From: Fidelibacterota bacterium UBA2242
GTDB lineage: Bacteria; Fidelibacterota; UBA2242
DNA length: 64,000 bases
Reading direction: 5' to 3'
NCBI GenBank assembly: GCA_002347855.1
Contig: DDYE01000009.1
Span: 90,265 to 154,264 of the forward strand
The notes beneath the pieces are model-generated. The model was not told the DNA's origin. It did not search any database and saw nothing but the letters and a program-made list of their open reading frames with translations. The position numbers were made by a program, and so were the translations under genes. Positions within the stretch are counted from its first letter, which is position 1. Each line of letters starts with the position of its first letter. Below are positions 48,112 through 59,338 of this stretch, piece by piece.

Positions 48112-49952
48112 AGTATTTTCTTTTATTCGGAAGATTGATTATTGCTCTAATAGGGATTGAAATGATATCTCAAACCCTTTGGGCAAAAAGCGAGTTCCGT
48201 TCTACCGAATACATTGTGCGAAATATCCTTTTGCATGGAAATGAACGCTATACAAATCGTCAGATAAAGCGTCAGCTAAAGCTCAAGGCTAAAAGTTTTT
48301 GGAGTTCGACGACCTTTACCCGGCGCTTATTAGAATTAGACCGCCTCAACCTGGAGACTTTCTACATCAAGAATGGCTATCTCTATTGCAGTGTGACCGA
48401 TTCCTTCAGCGTCCAGTCCAATAATGAAGTTGATGTCTTTTTTAGTATAAAGGAAGGTCCCCAATTTTATCTTAAAACTATCCAGGTCCAGGGGGCAAAA
48501 TCTATTCCTAAAGCGAAAATCATTGCTATGATTGACCATAAATTGAATCATCCTTATAATCCTATTCAGGTAAGGGAGGGTATCAAGAAGATTAAAAGGG
48601 AATACGCTAACCTGGGCAAGCCATTGGCAACCATTGTCGATTCACTGCAGGTCAATCATGACATAAATCTTTTTCTGATTATCAACGAAAATCAGACCCT
48701 GTTTGTTGACAATATCAAGGTCGTTAATAACAATAAAGTCAAAGAGAAGCCGATTCGACGAGAAATTATCTTCAAAACCGGTGACCCATTTTCGCAGGAA
48801 AAATTGGAAATATCCGAACGGCATGTCTACGAAACAGGGCTGTTTTCCAGCGTGCGTATTCGGCCGGTAGACATTGATACCGCCCGTCAACACTTAAACC
48901 TGCTGGTTGATGTCCGTGAATTGGACATGCGCTATCTTGGTTTGAATTTTGGTCTGGGTCAGGATCGCGGATTAACTCCTGGTAGCGAACCATATACTTC
49001 CTTCGATATTTCAGGTGAATGGTTGAACCGCAATATTAGCGGGGTCGGACGGCGTCTCAGCCTGAAATTGCAAACTGCTTTGAACCTGACGGTTGATAAT
49101 TTACTGCGACCGCGCACTGCTGCCGAAATTTATTATGTTGAACCATGGTTATTGGGTTTTCGCTCTTCAACCACCTTTCGTCTCTTTATCGAGAATCAAG
49201 AACTGCGTGAGCAATCCACAACGAATTATGGTGGCGCAATCAGTTTGATTTATCAACCGGATCGCCGTTCTTATCTCGAAACTGGAGTAGAAATCAAAGG
49301 TATCCGCTTTAGCACCCTCGTTGCCAATCAGTCTGTCAATCCGCTTGACCAAGAGCGTGCTCTGACAATGACCTTGCGGCGTGACCAGCGCGATGATTTT
49401 ATTTTTCCGAAAAAGGGCACATTACTATCTGCAAATGGTAAATTGGTGGGAACATTTTTAGGTGGCACCCAAGACTATTATAAATTGGAGGCGTCCTTTA
49501 GTCATTATTTTACATTTTGGAAACCAGTGACCATTGCCTATCGAGCTAAAATCGGCTGGATGGATACTTTTCGTGCTGGTGAAGCCACTCCTGCTTACGA
49601 AAAATTTTATTTGGGTGGTTCGAATAGTTTGAGAGGCTGGCCAGAGCGTAAGTTTCTTACTGATGCCAAAGGTTACCCACTGGGTAGTGATATCAAGGTA
49701 CTCACAAGTGCAGAAATACGCTTCCCTTTGTTCTGGCTTCTTGGTGGGGAGATTTTTATCGACGGCGGGAACCTGGTGGCGGATTTTCAGGAATTAAAAG
49801 CTAAGCAATATCGCTGGAATTGGGGAATTGGCTTGACAATTGCTACTCCTTTAGGACCAATAAGGATTGACTATGCGAAGAAGATCAGTCCAAGAGGTGA
49901 TGAAAAAGAGAACCTCAATCAGGTTCAGTTCGGGATACCCTATGCTTTTTAG
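48108..49952 (+). CDS. Omp85 family outer-membrane protein (TamA/BamA-like; POTRA + bacterial surface antigen barrel)
   Basis: It has a signal peptide and POTRA-like repeats. The barrel is β-rich and ends in ..GIPYAF. The TTG start overlaps the tamB TGA; ATG 48162 is an alternative. Confidence 0.8.
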   Translation: MKYFLLFGRLIIALIGIEMISQTLWAKSEFRSTEYIVRNILLHGNERYTNRQIKRQLKLKAKSFWSSTTFTRRLLELDRLNLETFYIKNGYLYCSVTDSFSVQSNNEVDVFFSIKEGPQFYLKTIQVQGAKSIPKAKIIAMIDHKLNHPYNPIQVREGIKKIKREYANLGKPLATIVDSLQVNHDINLFLIINENQTLFVDNIKVVNNNKVKEKPIRREIIFKTGDPFSQEKLEISERHVYETGLFSSVRIRPVDIDTARQHLNLLVDVRELDMRYLGLNFGLGQDRGLTPGSEPYTSFDISGEWLNRNISGVGRRLSLKLQTALNLTVDNLLRPRTAAEIYYVEPWLLGFRSSTTFRLFIENQELREQSTTNYGGAISLIYQPDRRSYLETGVEIKGIRFSTLVANQSVNPLDQERALTMTLRRDQRDDFIFPKKGTLLSANGKLVGTFLGGTQDYYKLEASFSHYFTFWKPVTIAYRAKIGWMDTFRAGEATPAYEKFYLGGSNSLRGWPERKFLTDAKGYPLGSDIKVLTSAEIRFPLFWLLGGEIFIDGGNLVADFQELKAKQYRWNWGIGLTIATPLGPIRIDYAKKISPRGDEKENLNQVQFGIPYAF

Positions 49953-49967
49953 AAGGAGGAGCAGACT

Positions 49968-52589
49968 ATGATAGCCTTTGACCGTTTTACGATTAAAGCC
50001 CAGGAAATTTTAAAAAACACTTTAGAGACCGCCAGTCGATTGGGCAATCAGCAAATTGAGCCGGCGCATTTACTTTATGCCATTTTGACCACTCCGGAAA
50101 ATGTTGGCTTAATTGTTTTGAGCAAATTGATGGGCAACCCTGACGGATTTACCAAAGCTGTGGAAAAATTGCTCGACCGTCTGCCGAAAATTTCGGGTGG
50201 TGTCGGACAACCTTACTTAACCCCGGCTACCGATAAGCTTATTCAGGGCGCTGAACAGCAAGCTCAGCAATTTGGCGATGAGTATATCAGCGCTGAGCAT
50301 CTACTATTGAGTCTAACAGAGGGAGCCACGGGCGAAATTAAGCAGCTATTCAGGCAGTATGGCATCACCACTGAGAATATCTTAGCGGCATTGAAAGAAA
50401 TCCGTGGCTCGCAAATTATCCGTGACCAGTCACCGGAGGATAAATATCAGGCGTTGAAACGCTATTGTCGGGATTTGAACGATTTAGCGCGGCGTGGCAA
50501 ACTCGACCCGGTCATCGGACGGGAAGAGGAGATTCGGCGCGTGCTCCAAGTCCTCGCACGTCGGACAAAAAATAACCCGGTACTTATCGGTGAACCCGGT
50601 GTTGGTAAGACCGCTATTGCCGAAGGTTTAGCTTTACGGATTGTGGCGGCTGATGTGCCGGAAGGAATGCGAGACAAACGTATCCTCGCCCTTGATATGG
50701 GAGCTCTCATTGCCGGTGCCAAATTTCGGGGTGAATTTGAAGAGCGTCTCAAGTCAGTTTTACGGGAAATCAGTGAGGCGCAGGGAGCGATTATTCTGTT
50801 CATTGACGAAATCCATACAGTGGTGGGGGCAGGGGCGGCGGAAGGAGCCGTGGATGCATCTAACCTTTTGAAGCCAGCTTTAGCGCGGGGCGAATTACGC
50901 TGTATTGGTGCCACTACTTTCAATGAATACCGCAAGTACATCGAAAAGGATAAAGCCTTAGAAAGACGTTTTCAGCCGGTGATAATCGATGAGCCTTCCG
51001 TCGAAGATTCGATTTCGATTTTGCGGGGCATCAAAGAGCGCTATGAAATTCATCACGGCATCCGTATTACTGATGCTGCTATCGTCGCGGCGGTCGAGCT
51101 TTCACATCGCTATATCACCGACCGGTTTTTACCGGACAAAGCTATTGATTTAATTGATGAAGCCGCCAGCCGTTTACGCCTGGAAAGTGAATCTCTGCCG
51201 GCTGAATTAGACGAGGTCGAACGCCGCATTAGTCAGATGGAAATCGAGAGTCGCGCGCTCGCCAAAGAGAAGGATATTGAAGAATCCCGTCAGCGCTACG
51301 AAAAAATCCAGGCTGAATTAGCGCAACTAAAAGAACAAGCTGCAGTTTTACGCAGTCGCTGGCAGGAGGAGAAGCGTTACCTCTCCGCCATCAATGAATT
51401 ACAAAGGGAAATCGAAGCCAAACGCCTCGAAGCCGAAAAAGCCGAGCGCGAAAGTAATTGGGAAAAAGCCGCCCAGCTGCTCCATGCTGATTTAGTTATT
51501 CTGAATAAAAAGCTACAGACTGCCAAAGAGGCGCTCCGCGAGTTACAGGGAAAACGCGCTTTGCTGCGCCAGGAAGTGACTGAAGAAGACATTGCCGAAA
51601 TTGTGTCTAAGTGGACGCATATTCCCGTTGCGCGTCTGATAGAAGGTGAACGCCAGAAGCTCCTGCACATGGAAGAGAATCTCCATAAACGAGTGGTAGG
51701 ACAGGACGAGGCGATTCAAGCTGTCTCTAATGCTGTTCGTCGTGCCCGAGCCGGTCTCCAGGATGAGAACCGACCTCTGGCAACCTTCATTTTTACCGGT
51801 TCGACGGGGGTAGGCAAAACGGAACTTGCCAAAGCCTTAGCCGAATTCCTATTCGATGATGAAAACGCCATGATTCGAATAGACATGTCAGAATATATGG
51901 AAAAACACGCCGTCTCACGCCTGATTGGTGCTCCACCGGGCTATGTCGGTTACGATGAGGGAGGCCAGCTGACTGAAGCCGTGCGACGCAAGCCATATTC
52001 AGTAGTCTTATTAGATGAAATCGAGAAAGCTCACCCCGATGTTTTCAATATCCTCTTGCAGGTTCTGGAAGATGGTCGTTTGACCGATAACAAAGGACGC
52101 GTCGCCAATTTTAAAAATACCATCATCATCATGACTTCCAACCTTGGTTCACAGACCATTATGGGACAAACAACTGAGGTAGATGAAGACAATATCAATG
52201 TCATTTACGCCAATATCCAGGAAACTATCTTGAGTCAACTGCGCGAATTACTGAAGCCTGAATTTCTCAACCGCATTGACGAAATCATCGTCTTTAAACC
52301 GTTGCTACCACGTGAAATTCGTCAAATCGTACGCCTCCAGTTCCAGCGCCTGATGGAACGCGTCGAGAGTCGCGGCTTGCATGTCGAGCTCTCCGAAGCC
52401 GCTTGTGATTTAATTGCTCAGGCAGGCTGGGACCCGGCTTTTGGGGCTCGCCCAATTAAACGGGTCATTCAGCGTCAGATTACTGACCCATTAGCTCTGG
52501 CAGTCCTCGAAGAAAAGTTTCAACCGGGCGATAAAATTCGCATTGATATTCGTGAAGGGCAGATTGTCTTTGACAAAATAGCGGCTTAG
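49968..52589 (+). CDS. clpB: ATP-dependent chaperone ClpB
   Basis: It has two AAA+ modules ([16 protein letters not shown]), a long middle coiled coil and a Clp N-domain. An SD (GGAGGAG) is present. Confidence 0.95.
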   Translation: MIAFDRFTIKAQEILKNTLETASRLGNQQIEPAHLLYAILTTPENVGLIVLSKLMGNPDGFTKAVEKLLDRLPKISGGVGQPYLTPATDKLIQGAEQQAQQFGDEYISAEHLLLSLTEGATGEIKQLFRQYGITTENILAALKEIRGSQIIRDQSPEDKYQALKRYCRDLNDLARRGKLDPVIGREEEIRRVLQVLARRTKNNPVLIGEPGVGKTAIAEGLALRIVAADVPEGMRDKRILALDMGALIAGAKFRGEFEERLKSVLREISEAQGAIILFIDEIHTVVGAGAAEGAVDASNLLKPALARGELRCIGATTFNEYRKYIEKDKALERRFQPVIIDEPSVEDSISILRGIKERYEIHHGIRITDAAIVAAVELSHRYITDRFLPDKAIDLIDEAASRLRLESESLPAELDEVERRISQMEIESRALAKEKDIEESRQRYEKIQAELAQLKEQAAVLRSRWQEEKRYLSAINELQREIEAKRLEAEKAERESNWEKAAQLLHADLVILNKKLQTAKEALRELQGKRALLRQEVTEEDIAEIVSKWTHIPVARLIEGERQKLLHMEENLHKRVVGQDEAIQAVSNAVRRARAGLQDENRPLATFIFTGSTGVGKTELAKALAEFLFDDENAMIRIDMSEYMEKHAVSRLIGAPPGYVGYDEGGQLTEAVRRKPYSVVLLDEIEKAHPDVFNILLQVLEDGRLTDNKGRVANFKNTIIIMTSNLGSQTIMGQTTEVDEDNINVIYANIQETILSQLRELLKPEFLNRIDEIIVFKPLLPREIRQIVRLQFQRLMERVESRGLHVELSEAACDLIAQAGWDPAFGARPIKRVIQRQITDPLALAVLEEKFQPGDKIRIDIREGQIVFDKIAA

Positions 52590-52702
52590 TAAGGAACCTT
52601 TGGGATTGTAAGAAAGTTTAAACCCAAAGTTTGCACCGTAGCCGATTCAATTAAAAGTGGGATTCAAAATTGTAGATCAACTTTTTGAGGAGGATTGAAA
52701 TC

Positions 52703-53206
52703 ATGCGAAAGCTTGGTAATCTCTTTTTTTTAGTAATTGTAACGGCGCTGGTCTGGAATTGTGGTAAAAAACCGGCGGAAAACGCCCAGGCTCTCTGGGA
52801 ACAAGCTGAAATGAATTTTAATGCCGGCGAATATCAAAAATCCCTTACAATTTATAACCAAATTGCCCAAAAATTTCCTAAAGATAGTTTGGCTGTGCCC
52901 GCTCTTTTCACCATGGCTGACATCTACAAGAATAACCTGAATGATGTGAACAAAGCCGTAAAAATATACCATAAAATCCTGCGCAAATATCGTCGCGATA
53001 GCAGAGCCCCTAATGCGCTTTTTATGATTGGCTACACCTATGCCAATGATACCAAAGATTTAAAAAAAGCCGAAAAGTACTATCGACTTTTTATTAAAAA
53101 ATATCCTGAGCATATCTTGAGACCATCCGCGGAATGGGAATTAAAATACCTTGGGAAAAGCCTGGAGGAAATCCCGGAGTTACAAACTCTAAGTAAAGAA
53201 CAGTAG
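52703..53206 (+). CDS. TPR-repeat lipoprotein
   Basis: A GAGGAGG SD lies 8 nt upstream of ATG 52703. It has a lipobox (VWNCG) and TPRs. Confidence 0.55.
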   Translation: MRKLGNLFFLVIVTALVWNCGKKPAENAQALWEQAEMNFNAGEYQKSLTIYNQIAQKFPKDSLAVPALFTMADIYKNNLNDVNKAVKIYHKILRKYRRDSRAPNALFMIGYTYANDTKDLKKAEKYYRLFIKKYPEHILRPSAEWELKYLGKSLEEIPELQTLSKEQ

Positions 53207-53222
53207 CAAACGGAGTCGTACT

Positions 53223-54215
53223 ATGGCATTTAATCTGGCAGAAATGAGTGAAAGAGTCAAGCAGGAGAGTGCTTTTGTCAAAGATATAAAAGCCGAAATG
53301 GCGAAGGTCATCGTTGGCCAAACCGCCATGATTGACCGGCTGATTATTGGGTTGCTGACGAATGGACATATTCTTCTCGAAGGTGTTCCGGGATTAGCCA
53401 AATCCCTGACAGTCAGTACCTTAGCTAAAGTCATCCAGGTTGGCTTTCGCCGCATTCAGTTTACCCCCGACCTTCTGCCCGCCGACTTGATTGGTACCAT
53501 GATTTACAATCAGAAGAGCGGCACTTTTGAGACAAAGAAGGGCCCCATTTTTAGCAATATTATTCTGGCCGATGAAATCAACCGCTCCCCAGCGAAAGTG
53601 CAGTCCGCCCTGCTCGAAGCCATGCAAGAACGACAGGTTACTATCGGAGAAAATAGTCACAAACTGGATGACCCTTTCCTGGTCTTAGCAACCCAGAATC
53701 CCATCGAACAGGAAGGAACCTATCCCTTACCGGAAGCCCAGGTTGACCGCTTTATGCTCAAGGTGATTGTTGGCTATCCTGATAAAGAAGAAGAGCTGGA
53801 AATAATGCGGCGCATGGCGCATCCCGATAATATGCTAAGTGTCAATGCCGTCATTACACCGGAAGCGATTCGCCGTGCCCGCAAAGTCGTTGACGATATT
53901 TATATTGATGAAAAAATTCATAAATATATCCTGGATTTAGTATTCGCCAGTCGTGACCCGAAGGCTTACCATTTAGCGGAACTGGCGGATTTGGTTCAGT
54001 ACGGTGCTTCCCCGCGGGCTTCCATTTATTTAGCTCTGGCAAGTAAAGCCCGGGCTTTTCTCCAGGGACGAAGTTATGTCACACCGGAAGATGTGCGGGA
54101 AGTTCTGCCGGATGTACTTCGTCATCGTCTTATTTTGACATTTGAAGCCGAAGCCGAAGAGGTCACTGTCGAAAATGTCATTCAGCGCATTGTCGAAACT
54201 GTGACAGTACCGTAA
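53223..54215 (+). CDS. MoxR-family AAA+ ATPase
   Basis: It is AAA_3 type, with the motifs HILLEGVPGLAKS and ILADEINRS. Confidence 0.9.
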   Translation: MAFNLAEMSERVKQESAFVKDIKAEMAKVIVGQTAMIDRLIIGLLTNGHILLEGVPGLAKSLTVSTLAKVIQVGFRRIQFTPDLLPADLIGTMIYNQKSGTFETKKGPIFSNIILADEINRSPAKVQSALLEAMQERQVTIGENSHKLDDPFLVLATQNPIEQEGTYPLPEAQVDRFMLKVIVGYPDKEEELEIMRRMAHPDNMLSVNAVITPEAIRRARKVVDDIYIDEKIHKYILDLVFASRDPKAYHLAELADLVQYGASPRASIYLALASKARAFLQGRSYVTPEDVREVLPDVLRHRLILTFEAEAEEVTVENVIQRIVETVTVP

Positions 54216-54238
54216 GCCGTACCTTTTTACTAATCAAT

Positions 54239-55117
54239 ATGCTTACCCGTGAAATATTAAAAGCGGTCCGACAAATTGAACTCCGTACACGACATCTGGT
54301 GAACGATGTTTTCAGTGGCGAGTACCATTCGGTGTTTAAAGGTAGAGGAATGGAGTTCGCGGAAGTACGCGAATATCAATATGGCGACGATTTCCGGAGC
54401 ATTGACTGGAATGTCACGGCGCGCTATGCTCATCCTTACGTTAAAGTACTCGAAGAAGAACGGGAACTGACGGTCATGCTCGCTGTCGATGTTTCGCGTT
54501 CTACTGCCTTCGGCAGCGTACGGAAATTCAAGTCTGAAATAGCCGCCGAAATCAGTGCACTACTCTCATTTGCGGCGATTAAAAACAACGATAAAGTTGG
54601 CTTGTTGCTGTTTACTGACCGCGTGGAAAGATTTATTCCACCTCGAAAAGGTACTTCACATGGCTTGCGCGTCATTCGAGAGGTACTGTATAATCAGCCT
54701 CAATCGACCCAGACCGATCTCAAAACCGGCATCGAGTTTTTATTGAAAGGATTAAAGCGGCGCGCTATCGTGTTCCTTATCTCGGACTTTATTGATGAAA
54801 ATTTTGAGCGTTCGTTGCGCATCCTTAATCGCAAGCACGATGTCATCACCATTCATTTAATTGATCGTCGCGATGAAGAAATCCCCGATTTGGGATTGTT
54901 AAAAATGCAAGATGCCGAAACTGGCAGGGAAATGTGGCTGGATACCAGTGCATCTGACTTTCGGCAGCAATACTCAGAAATGGTTCGCCAGCGACGCCAG
55001 GAATTTTATCAGTCTGCTCAGCAGATGGATTTAGATATAATCCCAATTGATACCGCTCTTTCATATGTTGACCCGTTAGTAGCATTTTTCAAAATGCGGG
55101 AGCGACGCTGGCGTTAG
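54239..55117 (+). CDS. DUF58 domain protein (vWA-like MoxR partner)
   Basis: It has the typical DUF58 N-terminus (F.G...S..KG.G.EF...REYQ.GDD.R.IDW) and is a canonical MoxR neighbour. Confidence 0.8.
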   Translation: MLTREILKAVRQIELRTRHLVNDVFSGEYHSVFKGRGMEFAEVREYQYGDDFRSIDWNVTARYAHPYVKVLEEERELTVMLAVDVSRSTAFGSVRKFKSEIAAEISALLSFAAIKNNDKVGLLLFTDRVERFIPPRKGTSHGLRVIREVLYNQPQSTQTDLKTGIEFLLKGLKRRAIVFLISDFIDENFERSLRILNRKHDVITIHLIDRRDEEIPDLGLLKMQDAETGREMWLDTSASDFRQQYSEMVRQRRQEFYQSAQQMDLDIIPIDTALSYVDPLVAFFKMRERRWR

Positions 55118-55120
55118 TTT

Positions 55121-56083
55121 TTGCTAATTATGTATAGTAAGCTCAGAAAATATCTATTACTCTCGGTTCTAACAGTCAGTGTACTTAACTTTACCAGAGC
55201 GAGCGAGCCCGGCATTAGCGTCCAGACAACCGTTGATACCACTATCGCCACCGTTGGTGACCGCTTGAATTTGCGCATAAAGTTGAGTTATCCAGCGGGT
55301 ACGACTTTTCAATTACCAGAGTTGCAGGGTAATCTGGATAAATTCGAGATAGTAGATAATCAACTTACTTCTCCGCAACGGCGTGGTGGTTTAATTCAGC
55401 AGGAATGGCAGTTGGTTTTAGCTGTGTTTGATACGGGCAAAATTACCATTCCTGCTTTAGAATTACTGGCGCGTAAAGTCTCTGATACGACGCAAGTCTG
55501 GCGTTTCAAGACAGCTCCGCAGACCATTACGGTCTACTCGGTACTCGCTCCTGGTTCGAGAGAATTGAAAGAAATTAAGCCACCTTTTCAACTACGCCGC
55601 TATCTGCCATGGCGCTGGGTAATTTTGCTTTTACTTCTCGGCGGAATTGTAACGGGAGCAGTCTTTTACTACCGTGCTTGGAAACGGCGCCATCCGCCCA
55701 TTGTGCTGAACGAAACTTATCTTGACCCACCGCATGTCGTTGCCCTGCGCCAATTGCAGGAACTTTTACAGCGCAGACCTGAGACCGTGGACGAACGGCG
55801 CGGCTATTATTTTGCCCTGTCTCAGATATTACGTCTTTACTTAGAGCGCCGCTTTTTTATCCGTGCCCTCGAAATGACCACGGGTGAAATCAAATTGGTA
55901 TTACCTGAACTCGAGATTGAGCCGCGTCCAGCGGCTGAGATAGTCACGCTGCTAAACGATCTCGATTTAATCAAATATACCGGCATTGATCCTGACCCAA
56001 ATAACATAAACCAGTCGGCTAATCAAGCCATTAAGATAATCGAACAAACCAAACGAGAATCATTTTTAAGGAGGACGATGTGA
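55121..56083 (+). CDS. Bitopic membrane protein of unknown function (Bat-operon-like position)
   Basis: It has a signal peptide, a periplasmic domain, one TM (WRWVILLLLLGGIVTGAVFYY) and a cytoplasmic tail. It ends in ATGTGA overlapping the next gene. Confidence 0.4.
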   Translation: MLIMYSKLRKYLLLSVLTVSVLNFTRASEPGISVQTTVDTTIATVGDRLNLRIKLSYPAGTTFQLPELQGNLDKFEIVDNQLTSPQRRGGLIQQEWQLVLAVFDTGKITIPALELLARKVSDTTQVWRFKTAPQTITVYSVLAPGSRELKEIKPPFQLRRYLPWRWVILLLLLGGIVTGAVFYYRAWKRRHPPIVLNETYLDPPHVVALRQLQELLQRRPETVDERRGYYFALSQILRLYLERRFFIRALEMTTGEIKLVLPELEIEPRPAAEIVTLLNDLDLIKYTGIDPDPNNINQSANQAIKIIEQTKRESFLRRTM

Positions 56084-57027
56084 TAGAAGTAAAAAATCTG
56101 GTCAAGCACTACGGCAGCGTCCGTGCCGTGGATGATATTTCTTTCTCCGTCGAGAAAGGAGAAATTCTCGGTTTTTTGGGACCAAATGCTGCTGGCAAGA
56201 CTACTACCATGCGCATCATAACAGGTTACATGCCTGCTACCAGCGGGACGGTACGCGTTGCCGGTTACGATGTATTTGAAGATAGCCTGGAAGTCAAGCG
56301 CCGCATTGGTTATTTACCGGAAACTCCGCCGCTTTACTTCGATATGCGGGTGCGTGATTATCTGAAGTTCGTAGCCCGCATTAAAGGCGTCGAACCAAAA
56401 ACTATTCCTGTAGAAATCGAGCGGGTCGCCGAGCGCATCTCAATTACGGATGTCCTTGATAATCATATTGGAAAACTCTCCAAGGGTTACAAACAGCGGG
56501 TCGGTTTCGCTCAGGCACTTTTGAATAACCCGCCTGTGCTGATTTTCGACGAGCCGACCAACGGGCTCGATCCTCGTCAGATTATCGAAGTACGCGAAAT
56601 CATTAAAAGCCTCAGCTTCGACCACACGATTATTCTTTCAACCCACATCTTGCCGGAAGTCAGCATGACCTGCAATCGGGTCGCGATTATCAACGAGGGC
56701 AAGTTGGTGAAAATTGACACACCGGATAATTTGCAAACCCAATTGCAGGGTTCGGAAGCCGTGACTCTCGAAGTCGAAGGACCCATTGAAGAAGTGCAAG
56801 CCGCTATCCAGCAACTCAATCAAGTGACAGCAATAACCGTTCAACCGAGCAGAAAAGAAAATGTCGCTACTTATCGCGTCGAAACAGCGGCAGGAACCGA
56901 TTTGCGCAAGGAGTTAGCCGCCACGGTGGTCCAGAACAGCTGGGGACTGCTGGGCTTGAAATCGGAAGGCTTGAGTCTGGAAGATATCTTCCTGCGCTTA
57001 ACTACCAAAGAAGAGGAGGTCAATTAA
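56080..57027 (+). CDS. ABC transporter ATP-binding protein (GldA-like, ABC-2 type)
   Basis: Walker A is GPNAAGKTT, the signature is LSKGYKQR and Walker B is LIFDEPT. It has a GTG start. Confidence 0.85.
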   Translation: MIEVKNLVKHYGSVRAVDDISFSVEKGEILGFLGPNAAGKTTTMRIITGYMPATSGTVRVAGYDVFEDSLEVKRRIGYLPETPPLYFDMRVRDYLKFVARIKGVEPKTIPVEIERVAERISITDVLDNHIGKLSKGYKQRVGFAQALLNNPPVLIFDEPTNGLDPRQIIEVREIIKSLSFDHTIILSTHILPEVSMTCNRVAIINEGKLVKIDTPDNLQTQLQGSEAVTLEVEGPIEEVQAAIQQLNQVTAITVQPSRKENVATYRVETAAGTDLRKELAATVVQNSWGLLGLKSEGLSLEDIFLRLTTKEEEVN

Positions 57028-57028
57028 T

Positions 57029-57799
57029 ATGGGTAATATTTGGACAATCTTCAAACGCGACCTCAAAGGCTATTTTTCTTCACCTATCGCCTATGTCGTG
57101 ATTGGACTATTTTTAATCGTTACAGGCATTTTCTTTTATCTCTTGCTTTCCAGCTTTTTACAATATAGCTACGCCGTCATGATGCAACAGCGCGGGGGCA
57201 TGGCAGTCAATGTTAACCTGATGATGATTCGCCCCTTCCTGCTAAATATGAGTGTCATCGTACTATTTGTAATTCCAATGATAACCATGCGCAGTTTCAG
57301 CGAAGAAAAAAAGAGTGGCACAGTGGAACTGTTATTGACTTCACCGCTGACCACCACCCAGATCGTCTTCGGGAAATTTCTGGCGACTTATTTACTCTAT
57401 TTCGTCATGGTGGCAGTCACCTTTCTTTTCATGGTGTTTCTGTTCATCTGGGGTAAACCGGCATTCTGGCCCATTTTCCTGGGTTATTGTGGAATATTGT
57501 TGATGGGTGGTGGTCTGGTCGCGCTCGGCAACTTTATTTCCTCATTGACCGAGAACCAGATTGTCGCCGCCGTAGGGACCTTCGGTGCTACTATGCTCTT
57601 ATGGGTAATTGGTTTTGCAGGTGATCTGTCGGGCAAGGTTCTGGGGGAAATTTTCAGGTATCTTTCGATTGTCAACCACTTCGAGGATTTCTCGAAGGGT
57701 GTTTTTGATACCAGTCACCTCGTTTATTACTTGTCCCTGTCTTTCTTGATGTTGTTTCTTACCTACCAATCCATTGAATCTTCCAAATGGAGGGGCTAA
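57029..57799 (+). CDS. ABC-2 family permease (GldF-like)
   Basis: It is a six-TM ABC-2 permease lying 2 nt after the ATPase. Confidence 0.75.
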   Translation: MGNIWTIFKRDLKGYFSSPIAYVVIGLFLIVTGIFFYLLLSSFLQYSYAVMMQQRGGMAVNVNLMMIRPFLLNMSVIVLFVIPMITMRSFSEEKKSGTVELLLTSPLTTTQIVFGKFLATYLLYFVMVAVTFLFMVFLFIWGKPAFWPIFLGYCGILLMGGGLVALGNFISSLTENQIVAAVGTFGATMLLWVIGFAGDLSGKVLGEIFRYLSIVNHFEDFSKGVFDTSHLVYYLSLSFLMLFLTYQSIESSKWRG

Positions 57800-57802
57800 A
57801 CC

Positions 57803-59335
57803 ATGAAAGTGAATGCGATGAAACTTAGTAAATGGATTTTGATTGCCGGACTCCTGCTGATAACGGTTGGTTTGATTATCTATTCCGTGATGAATGTCTG
57901 GAGCTGGAAAAGTCTGATTTTTATTGCCGCAGGTTTGATAGCGACGGTCTATGCCCTTATCAAACTTGACCTGCGCAATTTAATCAAGAGCCGTCGTTTC
58001 ATTTACGGCGGGAATATGGCGTTGGTCATTATCCTGGTAATTGCCAGCCTTGGCTTAGTAAATTTTTTCTTAGCGCGGCATACCTGGCGCCTCGATACGA
58101 CCAGCAGTGGCACTTTTAGTCTTTCACCCCAGACCAAGAAAATCCTGAAGGAACTGAAAAATGATGTGCAGATTTATGCCTTCGCTAAGAATATTACCAA
58201 GGGACCAATTATTGACCAGCTCAATGAATATCGCCATTTCTCAAAACGCCTGAAATGGGAAGTGATTGACCCTGATGAAAAACCAGCGCTGGCACGGCAG
58301 TATAAAGTAAAGGACTATGGCAATTTGGTGGTTTTATGCGAAGGAAAAGAGGAAATTGTCCCGAGTTACTCCGAACAATCGCTGACCAACGCCATTATTA
58401 AAGTCACTCGCGAAGGTCAAAAACGGGTGGCATTTTTAACTGGTCATGGCGAAGGGAATATCAATTCTGCTGACCGCAACGGTTATGAACGCGCGAAAAA
58501 GGCAATTGAGGAGCAAAATTATTTAGTGGAAGAGTTACTCCTGGCTGATAAGGATTCCATTCCCAGTGACTATGCCGTAGTGATTGTCGCCGGACCGAAG
58601 AAAGATCTGTTCGACAAAGAGAAGCAATTGCTCACTGATTATTTAGACAATGGTGGGGGAGTGCTTTTCATGCTCGATCCTCGTCCAGCAGTGGGCTTGG
58701 CGGATTTCTTGAAAAAATGGTACATCGAGGTCGGCGATAACCTGGTGATAGATGCCAGTGGCTTTGGACGCATTTTCGGGGCGAGTCCCGATGTGCCACT
58801 TGTTTCTAATTATACCAGCCACCCCATCGTCAAGGACATGCAGGGCGTGATGACTTTCTTCCCGGTGACGCGTTCGGTGCGAGCAATGGATACCGGCGAC
58901 AACTATCAGGTAACAGTTGAGGAATTAGCTCGCACCAGTGCGCAGAGTTTTGCCGTGCGGAATATCGAAGAAGTTTACCGCACTGGTCGCGTAGCGCTGG
59001 GACCTAATGACATGCGTGGACCGATTTCGGTAGCAGTTGCTATGTCTAAAGATGCTCGAGTTGCCAATCGCAAAACCCGCATCGTGGCGGTAGGCGATTC
59101 CGATTTTGCTTCTAATGCTTATTTTGGTACCCAGGCTAATGGCGACCTGTTCATGAATATGGTTTCCTGGCTTCTGGCGGACGAGGATTTAATTTCTATT
59201 CGTCCCAAAGACCCGGAAATTCGCCTGGTCAATATGACCCCCGGACAGACTAAGTCCGTCTTCTGGTTGACGGTAGTGGTTCTGCCGGCAATTGCTTTTG
59301 GCGTGGCGATTTTAGTGTTTGTAAGGAGGAAATAG
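57803..59335 (+). CDS. GldG-like ABC-transporter auxiliary component
   Basis: It has N- and C-terminal TM anchors flanking a large periplasmic domain. Its size and gene context match GldG-family proteins. Confidence 0.7.
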   Translation: MKVNAMKLSKWILIAGLLLITVGLIIYSVMNVWSWKSLIFIAAGLIATVYALIKLDLRNLIKSRRFIYGGNMALVIILVIASLGLVNFFLARHTWRLDTTSSGTFSLSPQTKKILKELKNDVQIYAFAKNITKGPIIDQLNEYRHFSKRLKWEVIDPDEKPALARQYKVKDYGNLVVLCEGKEEIVPSYSEQSLTNAIIKVTREGQKRVAFLTGHGEGNINSADRNGYERAKKAIEEQNYLVEELLLADKDSIPSDYAVVIVAGPKKDLFDKEKQLLTDYLDNGGGVLFMLDPRPAVGLADFLKKWYIEVGDNLVIDASGFGRIFGASPDVPLVSNYTSHPIVKDMQGVMTFFPVTRSVRAMDTGDNYQVTVEELARTSAQSFAVRNIEEVYRTGRVALGPNDMRGPISVAVAMSKDARVANRKTRIVAVGDSDFASNAYFGTQANGDLFMNMVSWLLADEDLISIRPKDPEIRLVNMTPGQTKSVFWLTVVVLPAIAFGVAILVFVRRK

Positions 59336-59338
59336 GGA

